From Octopus bimaculoides (taxonomy: Eukaryota): DNA of 41,954 nt. The notes beneath the pieces are model-generated. The model saw only the letters and a list, made by a program, of their open reading frames with translations. It was not told where the DNA came from and ran no database searches. Numbering within the stretch: position 1 is the stretch's first letter; the number at the start of each line of letters is the position of its first letter. The translations under genes were made by a program, and so were the position numbers. This document shows positions 1 to 12,004 of this stretch, one piece after another. Location of the stretch: positions 185,223,674 through 185,265,627 of the forward strand of contig NC_068981.1 of assembly GCF_001194135.2 (NCBI RefSeq), in the 5' to 3' direction.

Positions 1-56
<56 letters not shown>
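1..56. repeat. (AC)n microsatellite
   Basis: Perfect AC run at the window start. Confidence 0.99.
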
Positions 57-199
57 CTACATATAGACACATGTACATGCATGTGTATATGTGTGCGTAT
101 TCTCGAGCGCGCATTAAATTGAGGCTACAATTTTAAAGCAAATTTAAGTAAAATCATGGAATATTTCCGTTGAAGGTGGTCGGTACGAATTAGTTTTAA

Positions 200-426
200 G
201 TTTTGGCTCAAGGCCAGCAAGTTCGAGATGGCGGGGACGGTGGTGTTGGTGGCGGTGTTGGCAGTGGCTACTCCAACGATACCAGTGATCGACTTGTACG
301 TATTTAATAGACCTCAAAAGGATGTAAGTCAAAGTCAACCTCGTGAGGAATCTGAACTCAGAGTGTGAAGGCAGACAAAATAACACTAACAAGTTTGTCC
401 GGCTCGCCAACGATTCGGGCAGCTCA
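200..426 (-). mobile_element. SINE family A, old diverged copy
   Basis: Collinear with the copies at 1634-1847 and 25329-25540 (ttttggctcaaggccagcaa...aaaggatgtaagtcaaagtcaacctc...tgaactcaga...ggcagctca). Confidence 0.7.
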
Positions 427-461
427 ACTTTTGTATGTATGCATGAATCTATGTAAATATT

Positions 462-523
462 TTGTATGTATGTATGTATGTATGTATGTATGTATGTATG
501 TATGTATGTATGTATGTATGTAT
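462..523. repeat. (TATG)n microsatellite at a gap edge
   Basis: Direct reading. Confidence 0.98.
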
Positions 524-984
524 NNNNNNNNNNNNNNNNNNNNNNNNNNNNNNNNNNNNNNNNNNNNNNNNNNNNNNNNNNNNNNNNNNNNNNNNNNNNN
601 NNNNNNNNNNNNNNNNNNNNNNNNNNNNNNNNNNNNNNNNNNNNNNNNNNNNNNNNNNNNNNNNNNNNNNNNNNNNNNNNNNNNNNNNNNNNNNNNNNNN
701 NNNNNNNNNNNNNNNNNNNNNNNNNNNNNNNNNNNNNNNNNNNNNNNNNNNNNNNNNNNNNNNNNNNNNNNNNNNNNNNNNNNNNNNNNNNNNNNNNNNN
801 NNNNNNNNNNNNNNNNNNNNNNNNNNNNNTATAGAGAGAGAGAGAGAGAGAGAGAGTTAGAGAGAGAGAGAGAGAATTCGTCAACTGACTTTAAAGTTAT
901 AATTGTGCTATAAATAAAACATGTGTTCGTATAACTGAAATATTCTGGAATCTCTTCCACATGCCCATTCGTACACACAGATAT

Positions 985-992
985 TTATAATA

Positions 993-1051
<59 letters not shown>
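985..1051. repeat. (TAA)n microsatellite
   Basis: Direct reading, one TAG interruption. Confidence 0.98.
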
Positions 1052-1052
<1 letters not shown>

Positions 1053-1395
1053 GATGATGTTGCTTGCCCCATCTGACACTCGAAAAGTCAAGAAGGAAGG
1101 CGAAAAAGTAGAGAGATATAATCCTCTTAAGTACGAAATTGAAGATAGTGCCAATTACTGTTGGGTCTTTAGGAACAGTATCAGAAGGAATCATGTGGAA
1201 TAAAGGAAATTGGAATAGAACGTCCAGTAGAACCGTTACAAAAAGCTTGCCTCTTTGGCACGGCCAGAATAATCAGGCAAGTATTGGGTAGTTGAAAATA
1301 ACAGATTGTATGGTACTGTCGGCAGCAGGCAGCAACCCGTTACGCATGCAAGACACCAGGAGTTCCAACAAACCTGAGACGAAAAAAAAAAAAAA
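1050..1395 (+). mobile_element. 5'-truncated Dong/R4-type non-LTR retrotransposon: restriction-like endonuclease C-terminus, 3' UTR and A-tail
   Basis: Manual translation across frameshifts gives DVAC-PSDTRKVKKEGEKVERYNPLKYEIE / IVPITVGSLGTVSEG / KEIGIERPVEPLQKACLFGTARIIRQVLGS* (stop 1293-1295). This matches the R4/Dong RLE pattern as I know it (D-V-x-x-P-x-D...K-x-x-K-Y...VPxxxGxLG...LQKAxLxGTARIxR). An A-run lies at 1382-1394. Confidence 0.85.
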
Positions 1396-1424
1396 GAAGA
1401 GACATGATAATCATTGTCAGGCGT

Positions 1425-1605
1425 AAAATTTGTGGAGAGAGGGATAATCGACCTCTTTGCTCAGGTGATACTTGATTTATCGACCCGAAAGGATGAAAAG
1501 CAAAGTCGACCTCGAGTAGATTTCAACACAGAACTTGAAGACAGAAAAATGCTTCAAAGCAATTTTTTTTTTCTACATCCTAACCATTCTGCCAGCTAGC
1601 CACTT
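1425..1605 (-). mobile_element. SINE family A, diverged copy
   Basis: Core ttgatttatcgacccgaaaggatgaaaagcaaagtcgacctcg and head end ctgccagctagccacttt. Confidence 0.8.
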
Positions 1606-1633
1606 TGATAATAATAATAATAATAATAATAAT

Positions 1634-1847
1634 CCTTTCAACTATAGGCACCGGACCTGAAATTTTGGGGGAGGCGTTAAGTCGACTGCATCGACTCCAG
1701 TGCGTAACTGATACTTAATTTATGGACCCCGAAAGAATGAAAAGCAAAGTCGACCTCGGTGAAATTTGAACTCAGAACGTAACCGCATACGAAATACCGC
1801 TAAGCATTTCGCCCGGTGTGCTAACGTTTCTGCCAGCTCGCTACCTT
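1634..1847 (-). mobile_element. SINE family A, full length (tRNA-derived)
   Basis: Minus strand has a box A-like TGGCAGAAACG, a box B-like GAGTTCAAAT, the core GAGGTCGACTTTGCTTTTCATTCTTTCGGGGTC, and a tail running into (ATT)n. Confidence 0.92.
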
Positions 1848-1851
1848 AGTA

Positions 1852-1986
<135 letters not shown>

Positions 1987-2610
1987 CATTTTTCCGTTCT
2001 GTATTCCGAGTTATTTCAAAATGGATTACATTACATTTCACTTTTGTTACATACACGTTGGTGTTACTGCAGAAAATAGTACATTTTTTTTTATTATTTA
2101 CTTGTGGCATCTCTAAAATTATTATTTGTATATTTCTTGTATTATATATATTTTCTGATATTTTATTATTATTCTGCTAACAATTTTTATTTAGAAATAT
2201 TTCTTTTATGAAATATTTATTTTAAAAATACTTTTATTTCTTATTTGATATTTTTAAGTTTTTGTTTTTGATATAGTTTTCCTCCAGTAAAATTTTCTCC
2301 TCAGCAAAACTGAATTCTCTCAAATTAAGATATAATACATGACAATTATAATAGATCACAATTAGCAACTTTCTCTGTTGTGTGATATTTGCTTTGGTAG
2401 TGGGAAAGAGGAAAAAAAAATGGTATAAGCGGAAAATCGTGTTTCTCTAGAAAAATACTGCTATGCGCATGATTCATTCTGACACACAAATTCGCACACA
2501 TATACACACACACACACGCACACACATACATGCATACATACATACATACATACATACATACATAGTTACATGCATACAAAACGCGACCACTCAAACATAT
2601 ATGCAAACAC

Positions 2611-2613
<3 letters not shown>

Positions 2614-2682
<69 letters not shown>
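2614..2682. repeat. (TA)n microsatellite
   Basis: Direct reading. Confidence 0.99.
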
Positions 2683-2687
<5 letters not shown>

Positions 2688-2714
2688 CATATACACAATT
2701 CTAAAAGTTAAACG

Positions 2715-2954
2715 TAGGCATGTGCGTGCGTGTGTACTTGTAGAATTTTATATATCCGAGTATGTATGCCCAGATATGTATGTATGTGTGGATGTATATA
2801 CACACATATATATGTTTATATCGACTCCTAGATCTTGTTGAGATGGATGTGCCCTTACGTGCCCTCAAAATATACATCCACACATACATACATATATGGG
2901 CATACATACTCGGATATATAAAATTCTACAAGCACACACGCACGCATTTGCCTA
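2715..2954. repeat. Inverted repeat, 85-bp arms with a 70-bp spacer
   Basis: 2715-2799 matches the reverse complement of 2870-2954 with 4 mismatches. Confidence 0.95.
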
Positions 2955-3121
2955 AACACTACACACACTTTTTCTCTCCTTGTTTCTTTCTGTGTTCCTT
3001 TCTGTGGAAGAGCGTAGGCTCGAAACGTTAAAGACTTTTTCAATTCGCGAGCGTTATACTAATACATCTGTTTGTTTTCTATACTACCTGTCATCGTCTG
3101 TTGTTTTATTGTGAATTCTCC

Positions 3122-3123
<2 letters not shown>
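2955..3123 (+). mobile_element. Short hammerhead-bearing repeat ending at (TA)n, probably a Penelope-like terminal repeat
   Basis: Hammerhead fold at 2998-3033. The 3' part recurs at 9162-9213 (-) and 41644-41730 (+), each time abutting TA repeats. Confidence 0.65.
2998..3033 (+). ncRNA. Minimal type I hammerhead-like fold with A6U core
   Basis: CUUU-CUGUGGA-A-GAGC(GUAG)GCUC-GAA-ACGU-U-AAAG: helix I 4 bp, helix II 4 bp, palindromic helix III. Confidence 0.6.
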
Positions 3124-3164
<41 letters not shown>

Positions 3165-3189
3165 AATATATATATATTTTTCATTTCCT

Positions 3190-5297
3190 CTAATTTCAGC
3201 TCAAAGCTACGGCCATGCTGATGCACCGCCGTTTTGCTACATTGTTATTACGGAGAGCCTCCTCCAATATGTGGCGCTTGGTGAAGAATAGAGTTTGATG
3301 TAGCTACCCTCATTTGCACCTCTTGCCGTGAGGTAGTTTCATCTGGGACTTTCGACAGGAGGAGGTCCAGCTTTGATTTTAAAACCCCTGCATCTACTTT
3401 GTGCAGGTTCCTCAGGCTCTTTGGGAGAATATTAAAAAGCTGTGGGCCCCTGAAACCCAAACTGTTGCAGTAACTGGTCCTGAAACGCAATGGTGTTGGT
3501 GGGATCTTTGGCAATATGCAGTGTCGTCCTGTTCTGGCATTGGTGTAGCTTTCAATGCCATAATTTGGCACAATTCCTTCCAGAATCTTCCAGATGTATA
3601 TTACTGCATACCTCTCCCGCCTTCTCTCCAGGAAGTAGAGTCTTAGCGGTTTCAGCCTTTCCCAATAGCTAAGCAGTTGCAAAGAGACAATCTTCTTTGT
3701 GAATTTTCTCTGGATTGCTTCAAGGTCCACTGTTAATTTCACGCTGGTGGGTGACCATAGCTGTGAGCAGTAATCCAGGCGGCTGAGGACGAATGTCCTC
3801 CAGAGGACCATCATGGTTTCCTTATTTCTGGTTCTGAATGTTCTCAGGATCCATCCAGCCAGTCGTCTGCACCTTGTCGCCATCCTGGTAATGTGCACTT
3901 GGAAAGAGATCCCTCACTGATGTAGGCTCTGGGATTGAAATTCCCTGCGTACTAGTGTACTCTGTAAGTTTTGGACGTTGGTAGCGCAGGGGTTGGAATT
4001 TTTCAGCATTAAACTGCATATTATTATCCTCAGCTCATCTGTAAATTGAGTCTAACTGCTACTGCAGATGTGCAACATCACTGGGGTTCTGTATTTTCTG
4101 TAAGACTTTCGTATCGCCTGCGTGGCTTGCAAAGGTGGCTATCCGGGCACTTGAAGGCATATCCGAGAGGGCTACTATAAAAAGCAGAGGTCCCAAGACA
4201 GTGCCCTGCGGAACACCGCTCACAGTTTGTGTTTTCATAGAGGTGGCTCCATTAGCCACTACTGCCTGACTTCTATCTTTCAGAAAGTCATGTAACCACT
4301 CTCCAAGTTTTCCAGCTATGCCAAGATCAAGCAGTGTGTAGCATATCATACCATGATCCACTTTGTCAAAAGCTTTTGCAAAATCAAGGTATATTACGTC
4401 CACATTTGAGTTGTTGAGTAACTGCCTCAACACCAAGTCATAATGTTGTAAGAGCTGGGTCAGGCAGCTCCTACCTGGTCGAAAGCCATGCTGGGTATCA
4501 CTCAGCAAGTTATTTTTTTCAAGGAATGCGATTAGTTTCCCTCTGACTATCTGTTCCATGACTTTGCTGATGTGTGAAGTCAGAGAGATAGGCCTATAGT
4601 TTTTTGTATCTGCTCTGCTTCCCCCTTTATGGATTGGGCATATTATTCCCTCCTTCAGCTTGCTTGGCAGTCTGCCATTTGCAAGAAAGCTCTGGAAGAG
4701 AATCTGGAGGGGTTTTGCCAGGGCACGCTTACACGATTTGAGGAGGATTGCTGGGAAACCATCAGGACCAACAGTCGAGTTTGTGTCCACTTCATCTATA
4801 GCTAGTAGTACATTCTCTTAGCTAGTGTCGATGCATTCCATCGTAACTGCCTCGTTGGTTATAGGGGAGGTGGCAAAGAAGTCCACTGGTTTATTCACTT
4901 GTCTGTTTTCCAAAGGGGTAGTGAAGACACTTTTGAACTGGTCTTTCAGTAACTGAATGATCCTAGTTGGACTATCTGTGAGGAAGCCCTCCTTTTGGAA
5001 GAGGGGTCCTATCTTGCAGCGCACCGAGGATGTTTCTTTCGCGTAATGAAAGAAGGCCATTTGGTTTGACTTAATGCTTTCTATAACCCAGGCTTCTTTG
5101 TCTACTCTCTCCCTCACATAGGATTGTTGCAGCCTTTTCTCAATCTCCATCAGTGTCGTTTTTAGGCGGGACCTTTCGCTACTTTTGGGATACTGGTTGA
5201 GTCGATTTACAACCTTCGTCCGTCATCTCATGAGGATCTTCCTCTCTCTTGGAATCTTATTCTTATTTGTCTGGCCTTGTGCTCTGGGACATTTCTG

Positions 5298-5298
<1 letters not shown>
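3190..5298 (-). mobile_element. 5'-truncated CR1/L2-group LINE, ORF2 (linker, RT and C-terminus), decayed
   Basis: ORF 4059-4790 has GPDG, NYRPISLTS, QHGFRPGRSC, YLDFAKAFDKVDH and SGVPQGTVLGPLLF; the catalytic YADD reads HAGD. ORF 3248-3898 has SRLDYCSQLWSP and LERRRERY. Upstream linker ORF 4818-5150 and frame continuity to about 5298. Frameshifts, stops and a small deletion near 3905. Confidence 0.95.

Positions 5299-5340
<42 letters not shown>
5298..5340. repeat. (CA)n microsatellite at the LINE truncation point
   Basis: Direct reading. Confidence 0.98.
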
Positions 5341-5345
<5 letters not shown>

Positions 5346-5715
5346 ATATAAACATGTTTCTATGTGTGGGTTTCTGTACGGGTTCGTGTGTTTTAATGCT
5401 GTTAAGCGACTATTCTTATTCACCTTATAATTTTGTATATTCATTCATACTCTGTTTTGAAAACCATTTTGCGCAATTTTGAAAATATACCAATCTAATA
5501 CAAATATGATTCTTTGAAAATGGATATAACAGTCCATTGCTCAGCTGAAATTCTATATATTTTAGTCTCATTTCGGTATAAGGTCCGCAGTTTTATAGGG
5601 GTTAGAAAAACATTTGACTCTCTCGAAAATCGTGTGTAATCTGACTGATGTATCACCATCAAAATCATGCCCTGCGTCTATGAATCATGCATCTTAATTC
5701 CTCTTTTATACTCTT

Positions 5716-5717
<2 letters not shown>

Positions 5718-5788
<71 letters not shown>

Positions 5789-5792
5789 GGAG
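5718..5792. repeat. (AG)n microsatellite
   Basis: Direct reading. Confidence 0.98.
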
Positions 5793-5847
5793 CGACTTGG
5801 TCATAAGTAATTTTGCTTTGTTCAGAAAAGATTAATATAGTTTACAA

Positions 5848-5927
5848 ATTGTCGATTACGTCGACTCCTAACAATCAAGCTCTTCTCATTTTATCGACTC
5901 CGAAAGGATGAAAAGCATGGTCGACAT
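5848..5927 (-). mobile_element. SINE family A core fragment
   Basis: gtcgattacgtcgactcc...ttttatcgactccgaaaggatgaaaagcatggtcgac. Confidence 0.7.
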
Positions 5928-6407
5928 AAGACTGCTCTGGTAATATCAAGGACCAGACACCGAGGCTTTACTGCTTGCGACAGAGAACAGAAATCAATTA
6001 AGATTATTGATTACTAGAGCTTCTAAAATGATAACCAACAATTGGTCGGGCTAGACAGGACCGAATGAATTTTGTTCAACAGTTAGGTCCTATATAGTCC
6101 CCAAATCAAGTGAACATAGCAGTGAAATTTCTCAAAAGATCATTCCACCCATATAGTTAAAGGGTTATTGAACGATGTAATGACTGGTATACAAATAATT
6201 GGATTATAACGGGTGGAACGCGTCCCATTATAATTTATTTCGACAACGATTGATCTGGGAATACACATCAACAAAAAGTATTGATTTCTAGCTCAAGGGT
6301 GAAAACTTCTACCTGGGCATTCAACCGGTAATTTACTGTAACTAAATTTCCTGCAATTACATAGTGTCAATACAAATAAGGAAAGAGGAGACTGGGGCAA
6401 ACAGCGA

Positions 6408-6912
6408 CACACATACATGCATACGTACATACATACATACATACATGCATACATACATACATACATATATACATACGTACATACATACGTACGTACATAC
6501 ATACGTACGTACATACATGCATACATATATACATACATACATACATGCATACATACATACATACATACATACGTACGTACGTACATACATACATACACAT
6601 ACATACATACATACATACGTACGTACATACATACATACATACGTACGTACATACATGCATACATATACATACATACATACATACATACATACATACGTAC
6701 GTACGTACATATAAACGTACATATACATACATACGTACGTACATACATACATACATGCATACATAAATACGTACATACATACATACGTACATGCATACAT
6801 ATATACATACATATGTACAAACACGTATATATATTTGCAAATACATACACACACAGATGCACGCACACGCACACACATAAACATACACATACATATACAC
6901 AGATATATATAT
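6408..6912. repeat. Compound (TACA)n / TACG / TGCA microsatellite, about 500 bp
   Basis: Direct reading. It is the source of the YVCM and HTYI ORFs. Confidence 0.97.
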
Positions 6913-7885
6913 AAACCGACTGGACCTTCAGAAGATTCCGTAGAAACCAGATGTATTTAGAGAAGTTTTTCCAAACGCCAGCAATGTTCAATTAACTTAA
7001 GCCATTTCATATAGAGATCAGTTAATACCACTGAGATTGTCATTGCCTTCAGTCGAAATCTATTATCTGACATTTTATTTACGCAACTTGCACACAACCA
7101 CACGTACTTATGTACACACATATATACATACATACATTAGTATATTTATCCAAAAGTGTATAAACAAACCTTTAGCAGAAAATGTATGTTATATAAATTA
7201 CATATATGCCGCCGCTCACTTTAGCTAATGATATCTTCAATAAAAATCCTATTACTTTAACAACCCGGCATATATCCATTTGATCTGTTATAATAAATCA
7301 TAGCTTTGCCACATATTTGCATATGTCACAACAACCAAACTATATTGCTATACTATTATCAAATTTTACTAGAAGCAACTTCATTGAGGAAATTCAGCAT
7401 CACAATTCATTCTATAATTCATAGGGGGGAATGATCAGAAAGGATATTGATCAGACACGCTGAATAATAAGCCAGAATAAATAAAGTGTTTCTAGTTTAC
7501 AAATAAAACGCAACAAAACATATGCATAAATATACAGAGTCGTATAGACATGTAAATTGTCTCTCTATGCACGTCTTATGTATGTATGTAAGCATGTATG
7601 TATGCATGTATGTATGCATCTCTCTATCTCTCCCTATATGTATATATACATGTGTATGTGTGTGTGTGTGTGCGCAGAATATGTAGCATACATTGTGTTC
7701 AATTTTTGAATGTTAGATCTGAGAAACTATATATATGAAATATTGTACGTCGTAACATTCCAATTTTTAATAAAACACTATTCTTAATTTTTTTCTCTCC
7801 TTTCAAAAAGTATACCATACATTGTACTTTTACGGCGTTCAAATTTCGACTCAAATCTACTCTCTCACATACACACACAAACACA

Positions 7886-8275
7886 GAGGCGTGGCTGTGT
7901 GGTAAGAAGCTTGCTTCCCGACCACATGGTTCCGGGTTCAGTCCCACTGCGTGGCACCTTGGGTAAGTGTCTTCTACTATAATCTGAGGCTGGCCAAAAC
8001 CTTTTGAGTGGATTGGCAGACGGAAACTGAAAGAAACCCGTCGTATATATATATGTATATATTTCTATATGTGTATGTGTGTGTGTTTGTCCCACCCCCC
8101 GCCATCGATTGACAATCGATGTTGGTGTGTTAATGTAGCGGATCGACAAAAAGACCGGTAAAATGAGAACCAGGCTCACAAAGAACAAGTCCAGGGGTCG
8201 ATTTCTTCCACTAACACCCCTTAAGATGGTACTCTAGATTGGCTGCAGTCAAATGACTGAAATAATTAAAAGAAT
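7886..8275 (+). mobile_element. SINE family B, full length, with an internal TA/TG microsatellite
   Basis: Head GTGGCTGTGTGGTAAG (box A-like), GGTTCAGTCCC (box B-like), ACCTTGGGTAAG, internal microsatellite at about 8045-8085, and tail ...GCAGTCAAATGACTGAAA. Confidence 0.92.
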
Positions 8276-8310
8276 AGACATATATATGAATGCATATATA
8301 CATACATATA

Positions 8311-8351
<41 letters not shown>

Positions 8352-8442
8352 ATATTAGGGACAAAATCCAAAATTACAGGTAAAAACTCAATTAAAATCA
8401 ATTTATAAAAAATTAAGATTAAATTGAGCCTTATAGATAAAG

Positions 8443-8657
8443 TATATATAAAATATATAGTTTTAGGGAAAATAACCAATTTTCAAGAACTCATCTATTT
8501 TCAAGAACTCATTTATCTTATGATATTTACTTTACTTTATATTANNNNNNNNNNATATTATACTCATTTATTGTGCTTTTAATTATTAATTTTTCTATAT
8601 GTGATAGTGGATTTTCATCGATGAGTTCTTGAAAATTGGTTATTTTCCCTAAAACTA

Positions 8658-8672
<15 letters not shown>
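8443..8672. repeat. Perfect 53-bp inverted repeat spanning a 10-N gap
   Basis: 8443-8495 equals the reverse complement of 8620-8672. Confidence 0.9.
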
Positions 8673-8702
<30 letters not shown>

Positions 8703-8709
8703 CACATAG

Positions 8710-8742
<33 letters not shown>

Positions 8743-8755
8743 CACACACACACAC

Positions 8756-8798
<43 letters not shown>

Positions 8799-9114
8799 CA
8801 GATATATATGTACATATACATGCATATCTATATACGTGCGTATATCTGTATGTATTTACATTTCAACATACATACGGACATACATACAAGGCATATACAC
8901 ATACAGATATAAAAATACATGTGCTTATGTGCATATATGTGTGAGCATGTGTATGGGTATGTTATTTATTTCGCTTATCTCGCTAGAATTAGTGCATCGT
9001 TTCAACTGCGAACAGGTATCAGCGAACACTTGAAATGGTCTTCTTTGTTCTTTATCGTAAAATAACTCCATCACTTCCCCACTCGCTCTCTGTCTCCCTC
9101 TACATATACATGCA

Positions 9115-9161
<47 letters not shown>

Positions 9162-9209
9162 GGGAGAATATACAAAAAATAACAACAGACGAGGACAGGT
9201 GGTGTAAAT

Positions 9210-9213
<4 letters not shown>
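9162..9213 (-). mobile_element. 3' end fragment of the 2955-3123 repeat, between TA runs
   Basis: Reverse complement TGTTATTTACACCACCTGTCCTCGTCTGTTGTTATTTTTTGTATATTCTCCC aligns with about 3071-3122. Confidence 0.75.
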
Positions 9214-9242
<29 letters not shown>

Positions 9243-10219
9243 NNNNNNNNNNNNNNNNNNNNNNNNNNNNNNNNNNNNNNNNNNNNNNNNNNNNNNNNNN
9301 NNNNNNNNNNNNNNNNNNNNNNNNNNNNNNNNNNNNNNNNNNNNNNNNNNNNNNNNNNNNNNNNNNNNNNNNNNNNNNNNNNNNNNNNNNNNNNNNNNNN
9401 NNNNNNNNNNNNNNNNNNNNNNNNNNNNNNNNNNNNNNNNNNNNNNNNNNNNNNNNNNNNNNNNNNNNNNNNNNNNNNNNNNNNNNNNNNNNNNNNNNNN
9501 NNNNNNNNNNNNNNNNNNNNNNNNNNNNNNNNNNNNNNNNNNNNNNNNNNNNNNNNNNNNNNNNNNNNNNNNNNNNNNNNNNNNNNNNNNNNNNNNNNNN
9601 NNNNNNNNNNNNNNNNNNNNNNNNNNNNNNNNNNNNNNNNNNNNNNNNNNNNNNNNNNNNNNNNNNNNNNNNNNNNNNNNNNNNNNNNNNNNNNNNNNNN
9701 NNNNNNNNNNNNNNNNNNNNNNNNNNNNNNNNNNNNNNNNNNNNNNNNNNNNNNNNNNNNNNNNNNNNNNNNNNNNNNNNNNNNNNNNNNNNNNNNNNNN
9801 NNNNNNNNNNNNNNNNNNNNNNNNNNNNNNNNNNNNNNNNNNNNNNNNNNNNNNNNNNNNNNNNNNNNNNNNNNNNNNNNNNNNNNNNNNNNNNNNNNNN
9901 NNNNNNNNNNNNNNNNNNNNNNNNNNNNNNNNNNNNNNNNNNNNNNNNNNNNNNNNNNNNNNNNNNNNNNNNNNNNNNNNNNNNNNNNNNNNNNNNNNNN
10001 NNNNNNNNNNNNNNNNNNNNNNNNNNNNNNNNNNNNNNNNNNNNNNNNNNNNNNNNNNNNNNNNNNNNNNNNNNNNNNNNNNNNNNNNNNNNNNNNNNNN
10101 NNNNNNNNNNNNNNNNNNNNNNNNNNNNNNNNNNNNNNNNNNNNNNNNNNNNNNNNNNNNNNNNNNNNNNNNNNNNNNNNNNNNNNNNNNNNNNNNNNNN
10201 NNNNNNNNNNNNNNNNNNN

Positions 10220-10281
<62 letters not shown>

Positions 10282-10943
10282 CGGAATGTAGATTTGTGTA
10301 CTTGCATAATTCATTTCATGTTATTTTATATTTTGGTGTCTGCACGTAGGAATTTAAGAGTTCAGTTATCTTACTAACGTTACTAAATCGAGTATTCTTT
10401 ATTTTTCATTTTTGCTCTTATCGCTTCGTGGGCGTTAATTTGAACTTTATTACCTTATAATGTTAGTGTTTATCTCCTTCGTGCTTTCCACATGTCTCCA
10501 CAAGAAAGGATACTCATTCAGTTAGAAACACGTCTGTAATTCATAAACCTTTCTATTTAATTGTTGCTTCCTTGTAGAGAATGAATTTCGTTGGTCGCTT
10601 GATCAAGCCATGTGTTTACTTTTGAAAGTGTAGAAATGTAACTGAAGAGAAGGAGCACAAAACAAATATGTAATAACTTTAAGTTACATAATGTTTTGTA
10701 ATTAATTTGAAACATATGTAGTACGTAAGTACCCACTAATATATATGTGTATGTATGTATGTATGCATGTATGTATGTATGTATGTATGTATGTACCCAG
10801 ACACCCACTCACATAAGCATCTATACATCTAATAGGCTGATCTACCAAACCTTGTTACTCCAAATTGAAGGAAACAGATCTAACAACACTTTGAACACAA
10901 TTTACTCAACACTGCTTGTCACAGTTGACCGGTTTCTTTCAGA

Positions 10944-11528
10944 ATGCAGTCAAGACGTGAAGACAATTTCGCATCTCATTATGCCATAAAGGTCTTGCGT
11001 TAAACTAGGCAAAAACGCTACAGAAACATATCAATGCTCCAGATTGGTTATGGATTAACTTGTATGAGCTGTGCATCTGTATTTCACTGGCATAAAAGGC
11101 CAGGCAAAGGACGTTCACCGAGAAGCTCGTGGTGTTACCCTTCTTCGACTACAAAGTTACTACCAACATCCACTTGCCTCCCTCTGATCAGGCATTCAAC
11201 AAAGAGTACTTTATGGAGTTTTTTTTTATAGGAGTTCAGGAAGTGATCTCATGACGAAAGGTCAGAACACCTGCACTTGGACAATGCAGCAGTCTACAAT
11301 TCTGTCCTGGTATTGACGGAGATGGGCATCAGATCTGTACCTCACCCTCCTTACAGTTTCCAAGCTGAAAGAGATACTCAGTGGCTGACCTGACATTGAG
11401 AAGAAGGAAGTTGTGCTACGGATCGTGGAAATCTTCACTTTCGCGGATATTCATGGATCCTTCATAAAATGGCTAGAACGCTACAATAGATGCAGTGAAG
11501 TCAGAGACCCTACTTTGAAGGAAGTTAG
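10944..11528 (+). pseudogene. Mariner transposase remnant, internally deleted
   Basis: Pieces read HYAIK/CVKLGKNATETY/MLQIGYGLTCMSCASVFHWHKR, GRSPRKLVVLPFFDY, NKEYF, HLDNA, SVPHPPYS, and WLERYNRC...YFEGS*. These include the HxDNA and HPPYS(PDL) mariner motifs. The region with the first two catalytic segments is largely deleted, and TIRs are not recognisable. Confidence 0.88.
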
Positions 11529-12004
11529 AGTTTTGTGTTATTCATTAATCTCAAAATTTCCGAAATGCTGCACTTTGGATGTATTTGTTTAAGGGTAGAT
11601 TAGCATATAAACACTCTGTTTATTTCTGTATACGAATGAATAGTTATTTACATATGGCCTCATTATGCGACTGTCTATGTACATATCATTATCTAAATCT
11701 GCATATTTCTGGAAGTGAAACTTTATACACATCTTCTGTATTTGTATTTATCGCTGGCGATCTTTTCCATATATTTAAACGTTTTCCGAAATAAATATAC
11801 GCTTCATTTTCAAGGATCTGCACAAGCACTTAGCTCTTTGTACAATACAGCTTACAGTAGAAACACCCGTAAGCTAATGAATGACATTACGTAATTCCTG
11901 TTACCTTATTCTTTTATTTTCAAATTGCGTTGTTTATATTTGTCTGTCTGTCTGTCTGTCTCTCTCCCTCTCACTCCACACACACATACACACAAAGCAC
12001 ACAT

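Noticed and set aside
10557-10645. Minus-strand acceptor followed by YISTLSKVNTWLDQATNEIHSLQGSNN*, vaguely like a spectrin repeat
   Set aside because: There is an in-frame stop and no good donor, and the resemblance rests on a few residues.
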